In this document: positions 10,689-19,522 of the stretch, piece after piece
How the letters are laid out: each line of letters starts with the position of its first letter
Numbering within the stretch: position 1 is the stretch's first letter
Made by a program: the position numbers and the translations under genes
The notes under the pieces: model-generated
What the model saw: only the letters and a program-made list of their open reading frames with translations
What the model was told of the DNA's origin: nothing
Database searches by the model: none
Assembly: GCA_963668645.2 (NCBI GenBank)
Contig: CAXXWC010000006.1
Location: forward strand, 1 to 64,000
Reading direction: 5' to 3'
DNA length: 64,000 bases
DNA from: Desulfobacterales bacterium
Lineage (GTDB): Bacteria > Desulfobacterota > Desulfobacteria > Desulfobacterales > UBA2174

Positions 10689-12341
10689 TCAACATTTTCC
10701 CAACTCCCGTATTTTCTGCTCCATGTCAACCACAATCGTGCGAAAATCACTGCCCATGTTAGCCGCCAGGGTGGCAAAGCGCAACCGTTCGGCCTCCATA
10801 CCGGCCCCGGCCAAAATCCGTTGGGCGTCCTCGACGCGCCAGCCGGCATAGGTGTTGCCCCGTTCGCTCTTGCAGTTGCCCGGATGGCAGGCCATCACCA
10901 AAACGCCGTCAGCCCCTTTGACAAAGGAGTCAAGGATATACTGCAAATCGATTTTGCCCGCGCAGGGCACCTGCACCAGGCGCAGCCCGGCCGGCAGCGG
11001 CATCTTGAACTGAGCCGCCATTTCGCCGGCAGCCAGAGCCGAGTTCTGGCAGCAGAAGGCCACGATGGCCGGATCGCCGTTGACATCGCTCAGAGCCTCG
11101 CCGATGCGCACCTGGACCTCGTCGTCCGCGTACCCGCCGATCTGGATGGCGTCCATGGGACACTCGCTGGCACAAATCCCGCACCCCTGGCAGGCCACCG
11201 GCGAAATGACCGGCTTGTTTTCCGCCAGCCAGTAAATCGCCCCATGGGGGCAGCAGCGGTAGCAGGTCAAACAGAAGGTGCACTTGCCGATGTCCACCAC
11301 GGCCTTGTCCTGCGGCACGCTACGCTTGCCGTCGCCCAGCAGGTCGCGCACCCGCAGGGCCGCGTTGCGCGCGTCGGCAAAGGCCCAGGTCAAAGAGCGC
11401 ACCTCGCGGCTGGCACCCACCACGAAGATTCCCTCGCGGTTGGTGGCCACCGGGAAGCGGTAGATGTTGTCGGTCTGCAAAAACCCCTGGGGACCGAGAT
11501 CGAGGCGCAGCATGGCGGCCATATCGGCGGCACCGTCCGCCACCTGCAGGGCCTCTTCCACCACCAGCAGATCCGCCGCGGCGCTGACCTCCCGGCGCAG
11601 CACCGGATCGGCGAACGAAAGTGTGGCGCCGGCATCGGCAACTTCGATGTGCGGGGCTTCCTTCAGCTTGAAGTAAAGGGCTCCGCCGTCGCGTCCCTCG
11701 CGGTAGCTGCGTTCCAGCCCGTCGTCGGCGACCTTCAAGTCGCCCACATAGACGTTGACCCCGGCGGCCCCGGCGGCCTGCAGGGCTTTGACGCTGTTAA
11801 AAACCCGCTGCATCACCAAGGGGTTGCCGCTCTGGGCGAATCCGACCACGAAGGCCACCGTGCGGCCGGCAAAGGCGGCCGGATTTTCGGCCAAGCGGTT
11901 TTCCACCTCGCTTTGGCCGATCACGGCGCTGCCCGGCGAGAGCTGATAGCCCGAAAACAGCGGGGTGACGTTAAACTCGGCAGCCAGCACCACGGCGCCG
12001 AACTGCCGTTCGACCACATCCTTGTCCGTGCCCAGCCAGGCGCGAAAATCACCGGCCAGCCCGGCCACGGCATCCACACGCGTACCGGCAAGGACCTCGA
12101 TGCGCTCGTCGCCGCGCGCCCGCGCGGCCCAGGCGGCCAAGTCCGCACCGCCGGGCAGAGCCCCAGCGGGACGGGATTCGGCCGCCGCACCGATCTCGGT
12201 GCCGCTTTCCACCAGGGTTACGGGGTAGCCCAGGGCCGCGACCTGCAAGGCGGTCTCCACCCCGGTCATCCCGCCGCCGACCACCAGTACGCCGGTGGCG
12301 ATTTCAATTTGCTCCATGGCAGTTTCCACTTTGGCTGTCAT
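10689..12341 (-). CDS. HdrA-like flavoprotein fused to a 2x[4Fe-4S] ferredoxin and an MvhD domain (QmoB-like architecture)
   Basis: VVGGGMTG, CTFCLTCYRCCP, CQGCGICASECP, C-terminal MvhD motifs FCCQNS/VPCAGKID/ACHPGNC. Confidence 0.88.
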   Translation of the reverse strand: MTAKVETAMEQIEIATGVLVVGGGMTGVETALQVAALGYPVTLVESGTEIGAAAESRPAGALPGGADLAAWAARARGDERIEVLAGTRVDAVAGLAGDFRAWLGTDKDVVERQFGAVVLAAEFNVTPLFSGYQLSPGSAVIGQSEVENRLAENPAAFAGRTVAFVVGFAQSGNPLVMQRVFNSVKALQAAGAAGVNVYVGDLKVADDGLERSYREGRDGGALYFKLKEAPHIEVADAGATLSFADPVLRREVSAAADLLVVEEALQVADGAADMAAMLRLDLGPQGFLQTDNIYRFPVATNREGIFVVGASREVRSLTWAFADARNAALRVRDLLGDGKRSVPQDKAVVDIGKCTFCLTCYRCCPHGAIYWLAENKPVISPVACQGCGICASECPMDAIQIGGYADDEVQVRIGEALSDVNGDPAIVAFCCQNSALAAGEMAAQFKMPLPAGLRLVQVPCAGKIDLQYILDSFVKGADGVLVMACHPGNCKSERGNTYAGWRVEDAQRILAGAGMEAERLRFATLAANMGSDFRTIVVDMEQKIRELGKC

Positions 12342-13528
12342 CGGCTGGCCCTCCCTAAATATTGCAGAACCGCAGCGGCCGACTGACCGGCATGGGCCAT
12401 GGCCCCGGCGATGGTCATGGGACCGCCGGCGGTACCGGCAACGAACAGGCCCTGGCGGCCGGTGATGCTGGTGTTCAACAGGTCGGGACGGGCGAAAAAG
12501 CCGTCCCCATTGAGATCGATCCCCAACGCTTCGGCCAGGGCCGGGTTGTCGCCCCCCGGCATAATCCCCACCGAAAGGACCACCAGATCGAAGGTGTCAT
12601 CCACCGGGGCCCCGTCCTCCTCGGTCATGTAACGGGTGCGCACCGCCCCGTCGGCCGCTTCGTACATGTCCACCGGAATGGTGCGCACGAAGCGCAGCGA
12701 GGTGCGGCACTGATCGTAAAAGGCGCCGAAGCTGTTGGTCGTGTTCTGGATGTCCATGTAAAAGACGGTGACGTCCATCTCCGGATGCTTGTGCTTGGTG
12801 GCCAGGGCCGAACGCAGGGCGTAGGGGCAGCAGACCTGGGAACACCACAGGTGGCCCAGGCGTTCGTCGCGGCTGCCCACGCACTGGATGAAGGCCATAC
12901 GGGCCGGAACCTGGCCGTCCGAAGGCCGCCGCACATCGCCGAAGACGCGCTTGCTGCGCTCCAGCTCCAAACCGGTGACGACGTTGGCCAGCTCGTGGTG
13001 GCGGTAGGTCGGCTTCTCGTCCGGGTTAAAAGGCGTAAAGCCGGTGGCCAGGACGACGGCATCCACCGCGACTTCCCCGGCCGGTGCCACCCGCTGGGGG
13101 TCGAACCCGCCGCCGGCTTGATAAAACACGGCGTTGTGGACCGAGTAACCCCGTCCTTCAGCGCAGGCTTGGGGGGCGTCGTCGTATCCATCCTGGCAGG
13201 CTTTGGCGCCGGTCGGGGCCGCCGCCCCGCTGGCCCGCAAAGCCACCTTGAACGGACCGTCGCCGCTTACCGAGGCCACCTCGGCGGCCAGGTGAACCTG
13301 AATGCGCTCGCATTCGACCACGTTGGCCAGCGTCTTCTCAACACCGCACGCCCCGCATTGCTGGCAGGTATCGGTGGCCTTGCAGGCATATTGAATCGCG
13401 TGTCCGCCAAGAAAGGGCGCCTTCTCCACCAGCGCCACCTCGACACCGGCCGCGGCCAGCTCCCATGCGGCCGTCAGCCCGGCGATGCCACCGCCGATGA
13501 CCATGACCTTTTTCGTTTGGCTGTTCAA
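12338..13528 (-). CDS. Short HdrA-like flavoprotein (QmoA-like architecture)
   Basis: VIGGGIAG, VVLATGF, FIQCVGSRD...CSQVCC, FYMDIQ, VVLSVG, LFVAGTAGGP. TTG start after AAGGAG; overlaps the next gene (ATGA). Confidence 0.9.
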   Translation of the reverse strand: MNSQTKKVMVIGGGIAGLTAAWELAAAGVEVALVEKAPFLGGHAIQYACKATDTCQQCGACGVEKTLANVVECERIQVHLAAEVASVSGDGPFKVALRASGAAAPTGAKACQDGYDDAPQACAEGRGYSVHNAVFYQAGGGFDPQRVAPAGEVAVDAVVLATGFTPFNPDEKPTYRHHELANVVTGLELERSKRVFGDVRRPSDGQVPARMAFIQCVGSRDERLGHLWCSQVCCPYALRSALATKHKHPEMDVTVFYMDIQNTTNSFGAFYDQCRTSLRFVRTIPVDMYEAADGAVRTRYMTEEDGAPVDDTFDLVVLSVGIMPGGDNPALAEALGIDLNGDGFFARPDLLNTSITGRQGLFVAGTAGGPMTIAGAMAHAGQSAAAVLQYLGRASR

Positions 13529-13589
13529 TTGGGGACTCCTTATCATGCGCAGGGTTGTCGAAATCGTTGACGCCCAAAAGGGCTGCGGA

Positions 13590-14519
13590 CTAGACCGTCG
13601 GCCGGGGCAACATCCCTGCCCGTTCGGCGATTTCCGGGACCTTGTGCTCCCACTCGATGGCCATCAGGTGAACGCCGGCCACGCCCTTCATCTCCTTGAA
13701 CTCGGCGATCTGTTCGCAGGCGATCTGGATCCCCTCGTCGGCCACCTTCTTCTTGTCCACCCCCTGGAGGCGCTTGATGATCTCGTCGGGCACGTCCATG
13801 CCGGGGACCTTGCTCTTCATGTAACGCGCCATACCGATGCTCTTCATGGGCGTCACCCCGGCCAGGATGTAAATTTTTTCGGTCAGCCCCATGTCGTTGG
13901 CCTGCGCGATCCAGCGCCGGAACTTGTCCATGTTGTAAATGCACTGGGTCTGAACGAAATCGGCACCGGCCTTGACCTTTTTGGCCAGCCGGTGGACCCG
14001 CCATTCGAAAGGATCGGCAAAGGGGTTGGCCGCTGCACCGATGAACACTTTGGGCGGCTCGTCGATGTCGGCCCCGCCCTGGAACTTGCCCTCATCGCGC
14101 ATCATCTTCACCATCTGGATCAGCTGGGTCGAATCGATGTCGTAGACGCTCTTGGCCCTCGGATGATCGCCGAACTGCTGGTGATCGCCCGAAAGGCAGA
14201 GCATGTTGCGGATGCCCAGAGCGGACGAGCCGAGAACATCGCTTTGCATCGCCAGGCGGTTGCGATCCCGGCAAACCATCTGGTAGTTCGGCTCAAGCCC
14301 CTCTTCGATGAGCAGCAGCGAGGCGGCCCAGCTCGACATGCGCACCATGGCGGTCTGGTTGTCGGTGATGTTCACCGAGTCGACCATCCCCTTGAGGTGC
14401 TGGGCCTTTTCGCGAACCGCAGCCACCCTGGCACCTCTCGGCGGCCCCAGCTCCCCGGTGAAGGCGAAATTTCCGGCGCGAAGCATCTTTTCCAGGTTGC
14501 TTCCTGATTTCAATTCCAT
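13590..14519 (-). CDS. metF: Methylenetetrahydrofolate reductase
   Basis: FTGELGPP, NITDNQTA, CRDRNRLAMQSD, LCLSGDH, KVKAGADFVQTQ, GVHLMAI. Confidence 0.93.
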   Translation of the reverse strand: MELKSGSNLEKMLRAGNFAFTGELGPPRGARVAAVREKAQHLKGMVDSVNITDNQTAMVRMSSWAASLLLIEEGLEPNYQMVCRDRNRLAMQSDVLGSSALGIRNMLCLSGDHQQFGDHPRAKSVYDIDSTQLIQMVKMMRDEGKFQGGADIDEPPKVFIGAAANPFADPFEWRVHRLAKKVKAGADFVQTQCIYNMDKFRRWIAQANDMGLTEKIYILAGVTPMKSIGMARYMKSKVPGMDVPDEIIKRLQGVDKKKVADEGIQIACEQIAEFKEMKGVAGVHLMAIEWEHKVPEIAERAGMLPRPTV

Positions 14520-14575
14520 ACTCGTCATCCTTCGGTCTGGTTGATGGGTTCCGAATCGTTGCCGCTACCGTTTCA

Positions 14576-15256
14576 TCAGGAAGCCAGGGCCTCCTTGCGG
14601 CGGCGGTAACCGGCCTGCACCAGGGTCCGCGGGGTCTGGTTGCGCCATTCGTTGGCCGGATGGATCTCCATGATGTTGGCCAGCCGCCCCTGTTGCGCGA
14701 GGCGCTCATGAATACGGTACCAGGCGCAGGGTTGATCGTTGGAGATCTCGCAACTGCCATTGTTGGTGCCGCCGCAGGGGCCGTTGAAAAGCCCTTTGGC
14801 GCACATGGTGACCGGGCAGATCCCGCCGGTCATCCCGAGGACGCAGGTGCCGCAGGCCCGGCACTTTTCCTCGTACCAGCCCACGTCACGGTTCGCCCCG
14901 ATGAAGGTCGTGTCCACCGCCGGAAAAACCGGCACTTCGGCAAAGCGTTCGGCGATGAACTGAATCCCGGCCCCGCAGGCCATCGACAGGATCGCGTCGT
15001 ACTGGTCCACCTGTGCCTCGAGCGGATCGAGGAACTCCATGTCGCACTGGCGCTCCACGCAGGCAGCACCCAGCTCGATGGGATCCTGGTCGACCTTGCG
15101 GGCCAGTTGGAGTTCGGCGTTGAGCACCCCGACCTCCTTTTCTCCGCCAGCCAGACAGACCGCCACGCAAGTGCCGCAGCCCACGGTCAGCACCCGGCGG
15201 TAACCCTTGAGCATGGCTTTGATTTCTTCCAACGGTTTTCTTTCGGCAACGATCAT
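14576..15256 (-). CDS. metV: MetV (methylene-THF reductase partner subunit, MTHFR_C Cys-rich domain)
   Basis: GCGTCVAVC, ERQCD, ACGAGIQ, CRACGTC...ICPVTMCAKGLFNGPCGG...CAW; directly upstream of metF. Confidence 0.9.
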   Translation of the reverse strand: MIVAERKPLEEIKAMLKGYRRVLTVGCGTCVAVCLAGGEKEVGVLNAELQLARKVDQDPIELGAACVERQCDMEFLDPLEAQVDQYDAILSMACGAGIQFIAERFAEVPVFPAVDTTFIGANRDVGWYEEKCRACGTCVLGMTGGICPVTMCAKGLFNGPCGGTNNGSCEISNDQPCAWYRIHERLAQQGRLANIMEIHPANEWRNQTPRTLVQAGYRRRKEALAS

Positions 15257-15798
15257 GGATTCCTCCTCGCTTCAGTTCCCGGCACAAAAAAGCCCGCCTT
15301 AAGGGGGCCACCGGCAATCGGACGTCTGAATGTTTGTGACGCCTTTTCCGGGCCGACCTCATCTTTCGGAGGGCCGCCCTTACCCGGGCACATCGGGGTA
15401 CGCATGGTATGGCAGATAGCGATTCAAGGTGGTAAGATAATTGAATGTCATTGGATGCCAAAATAACCGGGGGGTGTCAAGAATCGGGAGCAAAAAAAAC
15501 GCTGTTCATGAAATGAGGAGTAAATACTTATTGTAAATGCCTACTACAAATAAAAACCGCTTGACCGATATCTCAGCAATCCGCCCCCCATCCTCTTCCC
15601 GCTGCCCCCGGCCCCGGCCCTCTTACAGCAGTGCCTCGCAGCCGGTTCTGGTGGGCGGCCGGCAAAGGTTCCATCTCGCGGCGCCATCAGCCCCGGAAAC
15701 CGGAGCGATGAAAAAGCAGCCCCGTAAAGAACTTCCTTGCCCTCCATTTGGGTTGTGGCAGACCGGCTGAAACAGCCTTGCGTGAAAAAGCTTTTGCG

Positions 15799-17139
15799 CT
15801 AGAGCCGTTTTAAAAGCTGGTTGGCCGCCGTAAGCAGCGGATCCCAGACCGGTCCGAAAGGCGGCGCGTACGACAGGTCGCACTGGGCAAAGTCGGCCAC
15901 CGTCATGCCGGCATGCAGGGCCACTGCCGCGGCGTTGATCCGGTGGGCCGCCCCCTCGCAGCCCACCATCTGGGCCCCGAGCAGACGCCCGGAGCGCCGA
16001 TCGCCCACCATGTGCACATGCAGGGTGCCGGAGCCCGGGTGGGCGTGGGCCCGGGTGCGGGTGCGGATCGTGACCGTTTCGGGTTCGAAGCCCGCCGCTT
16101 GCGCCTCATGGGCCGTCAACCCGCTGCGGGCCGCCTCGAGGCCGAAGACCTTGAATACCGCCGTGCCCGCAATCCCGGGCAGTTCGCTGCGGTTTCCGGT
16201 GACATTGTCCGCCACGGCCCAGCCGGCCCGGTTGGCGCGCAGGGCCAGCGGGATCCAGACCCTCCGGCCGGAAACCACATGCAGGGCGTCGGCACAGTCG
16301 CCGGCGGCGTAAATGCCTTCGGCCGAGGTTTGCAGTTGCCCGTCCACCGCAATGGCTCCGGAAGGCCCCAGCTCGATGCCGGCCGCAACGGCGATCTCGC
16401 TGTTGGGCTGCACCCCGATGGCCGCCACGATCACCTCGGCATCCAGATCCAAAGCCGGCCCCGAGAGGTGCAATCCTCCGTTGCGGGCCTCGATGCGCTC
16501 CAGCACCCGGCCGTCGTTCAAGGCCACCTCGTGGCCTTCGAGTTCGGCGCGCACCGCAGCGGCCAGTTCAGGGGCCATCCAGGGCAGCAGACCGGCCCGG
16601 GGCTTGATCATGGCCACCGCCATCTGCCGCTGCCGCAGGGCCTCGGCCATTTCCAGGGCGATATAGCCCATGCCCAGGATCGCCACCCGCCGCGCCTGGC
16701 GTTCGGCCAGCAGGGCCTTGAGGTGCCGGCCATCTGCCAGTGTCTTGAGCACCGCCACGCCGGGCAGATCGATTCCGGGAAGATCGGGCCGGATCGGCCG
16801 GGCCCCGGTGGCGATGAGCAGCCGGTCGTAATCGGCAACGAAGCGATGCCCTTCGGCGGTGGTTCCGGATACCCGGCGCGCTTGCGGATCGATGGCTTCG
16901 ACCCGGTGGCCGGTGCGCACATCGATGCCCTGTTTGGCGCGGAACACCTCGGCCGGCCGCACCACCAGGTCGTCCATGGCGCGCTGCGCGTCGGCGATGT
17001 TGTACGGCATCCCGCAGGCGCTGTACGAGACATCCTGCGACTGCTCGAAGACCACGACATTTAGGCTGGGATCGTTGCGTTTGGCCCGGCTTGCAGCGCT
17101 CATGCCGGCCGCGTCGCCGCCGATGATGATAAAGTTCAT
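15799..17139 (-). CDS. CoA-disulfide reductase/NADH oxidase family flavoprotein
   Basis: IIGGDAAGMSAA, SYSACGMPY, YAAGDC, DLSYAPPFGPVWDPL. Confidence 0.9.
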   Translation of the reverse strand: MNFIIIGGDAAGMSAASRAKRNDPSLNVVVFEQSQDVSYSACGMPYNIADAQRAMDDLVVRPAEVFRAKQGIDVRTGHRVEAIDPQARRVSGTTAEGHRFVADYDRLLIATGARPIRPDLPGIDLPGVAVLKTLADGRHLKALLAERQARRVAILGMGYIALEMAEALRQRQMAVAMIKPRAGLLPWMAPELAAAVRAELEGHEVALNDGRVLERIEARNGGLHLSGPALDLDAEVIVAAIGVQPNSEIAVAAGIELGPSGAIAVDGQLQTSAEGIYAAGDCADALHVVSGRRVWIPLALRANRAGWAVADNVTGNRSELPGIAGTAVFKVFGLEAARSGLTAHEAQAAGFEPETVTIRTRTRAHAHPGSGTLHVHMVGDRRSGRLLGAQMVGCEGAAHRINAAAVALHAGMTVADFAQCDLSYAPPFGPVWDPLLTAANQLLKRL

Positions 17140-17223
17140 GACAATCTCCGCAGGTTTTTAGATTCGTTCAACCTTCTACCTTCGCCGCGAGCCGGATTAT
17201 TCACATCGAGGTCCACCGGCGGT

Positions 17224-18258
17224 TCAGTGAATCGGCAGATTGCTGTAGGTTACCACTGTCACCGCGGTGTAGACCGCCAGGAGAATGACGCCGAAAGGGC
17301 GAGCCAGGCGCTTCGGCGAAGTGAGAACCCCGACGCGGAACACCACCAGAATGATCATCATGGCCGGAAAAAGAAGCCTGAAAAAATGAGCCGAGGCCGC
17401 GATCCCATTCGGAGTGACGGCCGCCGCGGCACCGGCCACAAAGAGCACGTTAAGAATGTCCGCCCCGATCACATTGCCCACCGCCAGCGCACCGTGCCCC
17501 TTGCGCACGGCGGTGATCGCGGTGACCAGCTCGGGCAGGCTGGTACCGAAGGCCACCAGCGTCGCGCCGATGAGGCTCTCCGGTATGGAAAGACGCAGGG
17601 CGGTTTCGCGCACCACGATGATCAGCAACTTGGAAGAGACGACCACCATGGCCGCCCCGAATGCCAGGCGCATCACAGTCCGGCCGGTCTTTAGCGGTTC
17701 GGCTGGCGGTGCCGCCGTTTCGGCCGGGTTCTCCTGGCGGGCCCAGCGGATAGAATAGCCGACATACAGGGCCAGCAGGAAGAGAAAAACGAAGCCCATG
17801 AACTGGGGCAGGACACCGCCGCGGCTGAAGGCTGCGGCAGGGGTGGCAAAAGGAAAACAGGCCAGTACCAGCAAAACGCCGGCCCCGAGCTGCATCCAGC
17901 CCTGGCGGCCGACCAGATGGCGGTCCAACGGCAGGGGCGATATGCAGTTGGCCAAGCCCAGAATCAGTCCGGTGTCGCAGATAATCGATCCCACCGCGTT
18001 GCCCAGAGCAATATCCGGCTCTCCCTGGAACGCGGCGGCCACAGAAACGGCGCATTCGGGAAAGGTGGTACCCAAACTGACGATGGTGGCCCCGATGATT
18101 CCCTCGGCAATACCCCAGTGACGGGAAAGACTGACCGCCGAGGCGACCATCATGTCGGCGCCGGTTCCTAGAATGAACAGCAAAAAAGCGATTGCAATAA
18201 TCAGTGCCCACGCCGACTGGGCGGAGGCAATATCGGTGAGCAGGGTTTCCATCGTCAT
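17224..18258 (-). CDS. Calcium/sodium antiporter (YrbG/CaCA family)
   Basis: Two alpha-repeats GATIVSLGTTFPE and GATLVAFGTSLPE, GNAVGS/GNVIGAD. Start approximate. Confidence 0.9.
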   Translation of the reverse strand: MTMETLLTDIASAQSAWALIIAIAFLLFILGTGADMMVASAVSLSRHWGIAEGIIGATIVSLGTTFPECAVSVAAAFQGEPDIALGNAVGSIICDTGLILGLANCISPLPLDRHLVGRQGWMQLGAGVLLVLACFPFATPAAAFSRGGVLPQFMGFVFLFLLALYVGYSIRWARQENPAETAAPPAEPLKTGRTVMRLAFGAAMVVVSSKLLIIVVRETALRLSIPESLIGATLVAFGTSLPELVTAITAVRKGHGALAVGNVIGADILNVLFVAGAAAAVTPNGIAASAHFFRLLFPAMMIILVVFRVGVLTSPKRLARPFGVILLAVYTAVTVVTYSNLPIH

Positions 18259-18405
18259 CTTACCATGAGTGAGACCGGACGCATCGCCAGCGAACGGCGC
18301 ACCTCTGCAAAAAAACCGCCTTGGGCCGGATAACCGCTGCAAACGCCGGCCAGGCCGTCTCTGTTAAAAATCACGGAATTTGTCGGTACGCAACAGTACG
18401 GGGCT

Positions 18406-19161
18406 TCACCGCCCGTCCAAATCGCCGGCCGCTTCCAACGCCGCTCCGGCCGGCAGCGTGCAGGCGGTCCGCTCGCGGCGCCAGCGCCACATCCAGGCCG
18501 TAGCGCAGACAAAGGCCACAAAAGCCCCCTGTACCCCGTACTGGACCCACTGGGGCGGGTTGAGCCACCCGGCGACCCATGGATCGGTGATCATCATCTC
18601 TCCTCCGACCCGTCCCAGAATCGCCGCTCCGATCCACAGGATGATGGGGTAGCGGTCCATCAGCCGCGAGAGCAGGCCGCTCATCAAAACGACGAAGGGG
18701 ACTGACAGTACCAGGCCGAAAAGCAGCAGACAGAGGTTTCCGTGGCTGGCGGCGCCCACCGCCAGCATGTTGTCGATGCCCATGCTCATGTCGGCCAGGA
18801 CGATGACCCACAGGGCCTGCCACAAACCGGCGGCTTGCTTGCACGGATGATCCGCCTCGGAGGCGTCGGTAAGCAGCTTGATGGCGATCCAGATGATCAC
18901 CGCCCCGCCGGCCAGCTTGACGTATTGCAGCGCCAGCAGATGCGATACCAGGAAAGTGGCCGCGACCCGGACGACCACAGCCCCGGCCGAGCCGAGCAGA
19001 ATCCCCCAGCGGCGCTGGCGCTCGGGCAGATTCTTGACCGCCATGGCAATCACCACGGCGTTGTCGCCGGCCAGCACCAGGTCGATCACCACGATGCTCA
19101 GCACGGCGGACAGAAAAGTCCACGAAAACGAGATATGTCCCAACCAACCCAGATCGATCAT
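18406..19161 (-). CDS. TerC-family integral membrane protein (YjbE/YkoY-like)
   Basis: IDLVLAGDNAVVIAMA and ADMSMGIDNMLAVGAA motifs. Confidence 0.9.
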   Translation of the reverse strand: MIDLGWLGHISFSWTFLSAVLSIVVIDLVLAGDNAVVIAMAVKNLPERQRRWGILLGSAGAVVVRVAATFLVSHLLALQYVKLAGGAVIIWIAIKLLTDASEADHPCKQAAGLWQALWVIVLADMSMGIDNMLAVGAASHGNLCLLLFGLVLSVPFVVLMSGLLSRLMDRYPIILWIGAAILGRVGGEMMITDPWVAGWLNPPQWVQYGVQGAFVAFVCATAWMWRWRRERTACTLPAGAALEAAGDLDGR

Positions 19162-19215
19162 GACGCCCCCTCCTGCGGTTCTGCGGCGTTGCGGTTGGCC
19201 ATGCGGCGCGGGGCG

Positions 19216-19268
19216 AAAAAAGGAAAACCTTTATCCGCGGCATGGCGATGCATGTCGTGAATAAAGGT
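19216..19268 (-). terminator. Riboswitch-controlled terminator (expression platform)
   Basis: mRNA ACCUUUAUUCACGACAUG...CAUGCCGCGGAUAAAGGU-UUUCCUUUUUU uses the 3' strand of aptamer P1. Confidence 0.7.
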
Positions 19269-19386
19269 CTCGCATTGGGCGACCATGCACATCCGATCGC
19301 GTTACCGTCTCCGAGTGGGGGACACCACTGTAATGACGGAGGTCGGGCCTCACTGGTCAGGGCAAGGCTAGCTACTCCCCTTTATC
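19260..19386 (-). ncRNA. yybP-ykoY manganese riboswitch
   Basis: Minus strand AUAAAGGGGAGUAGC...CGUCAUUAC...GCGAGACCUUUAU signature, upstream of terC. Confidence 0.9.
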
Positions 19387-19522
19387 AGGCTCCATTCGTA
19401 GCCGAACAGGTACGGAAAGGCAAGCACAAAGGGAAACCGCCGGTCCGATTCAGTGCAGCGCCGTATGGGTGAATCTTCTCCGGCTGGCCTTTTGACCGCC
19501 GATGGTTTAAATAGGCGGCGCC

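Noticed and set aside
15361..15440. SAM-I riboswitch call based on GAAAGAUGAG
   Set aside because: The matching 5' AUC-AAGAG, the kink-turn and the GCAACC core are absent, so the region is kept only as an unclassified leader
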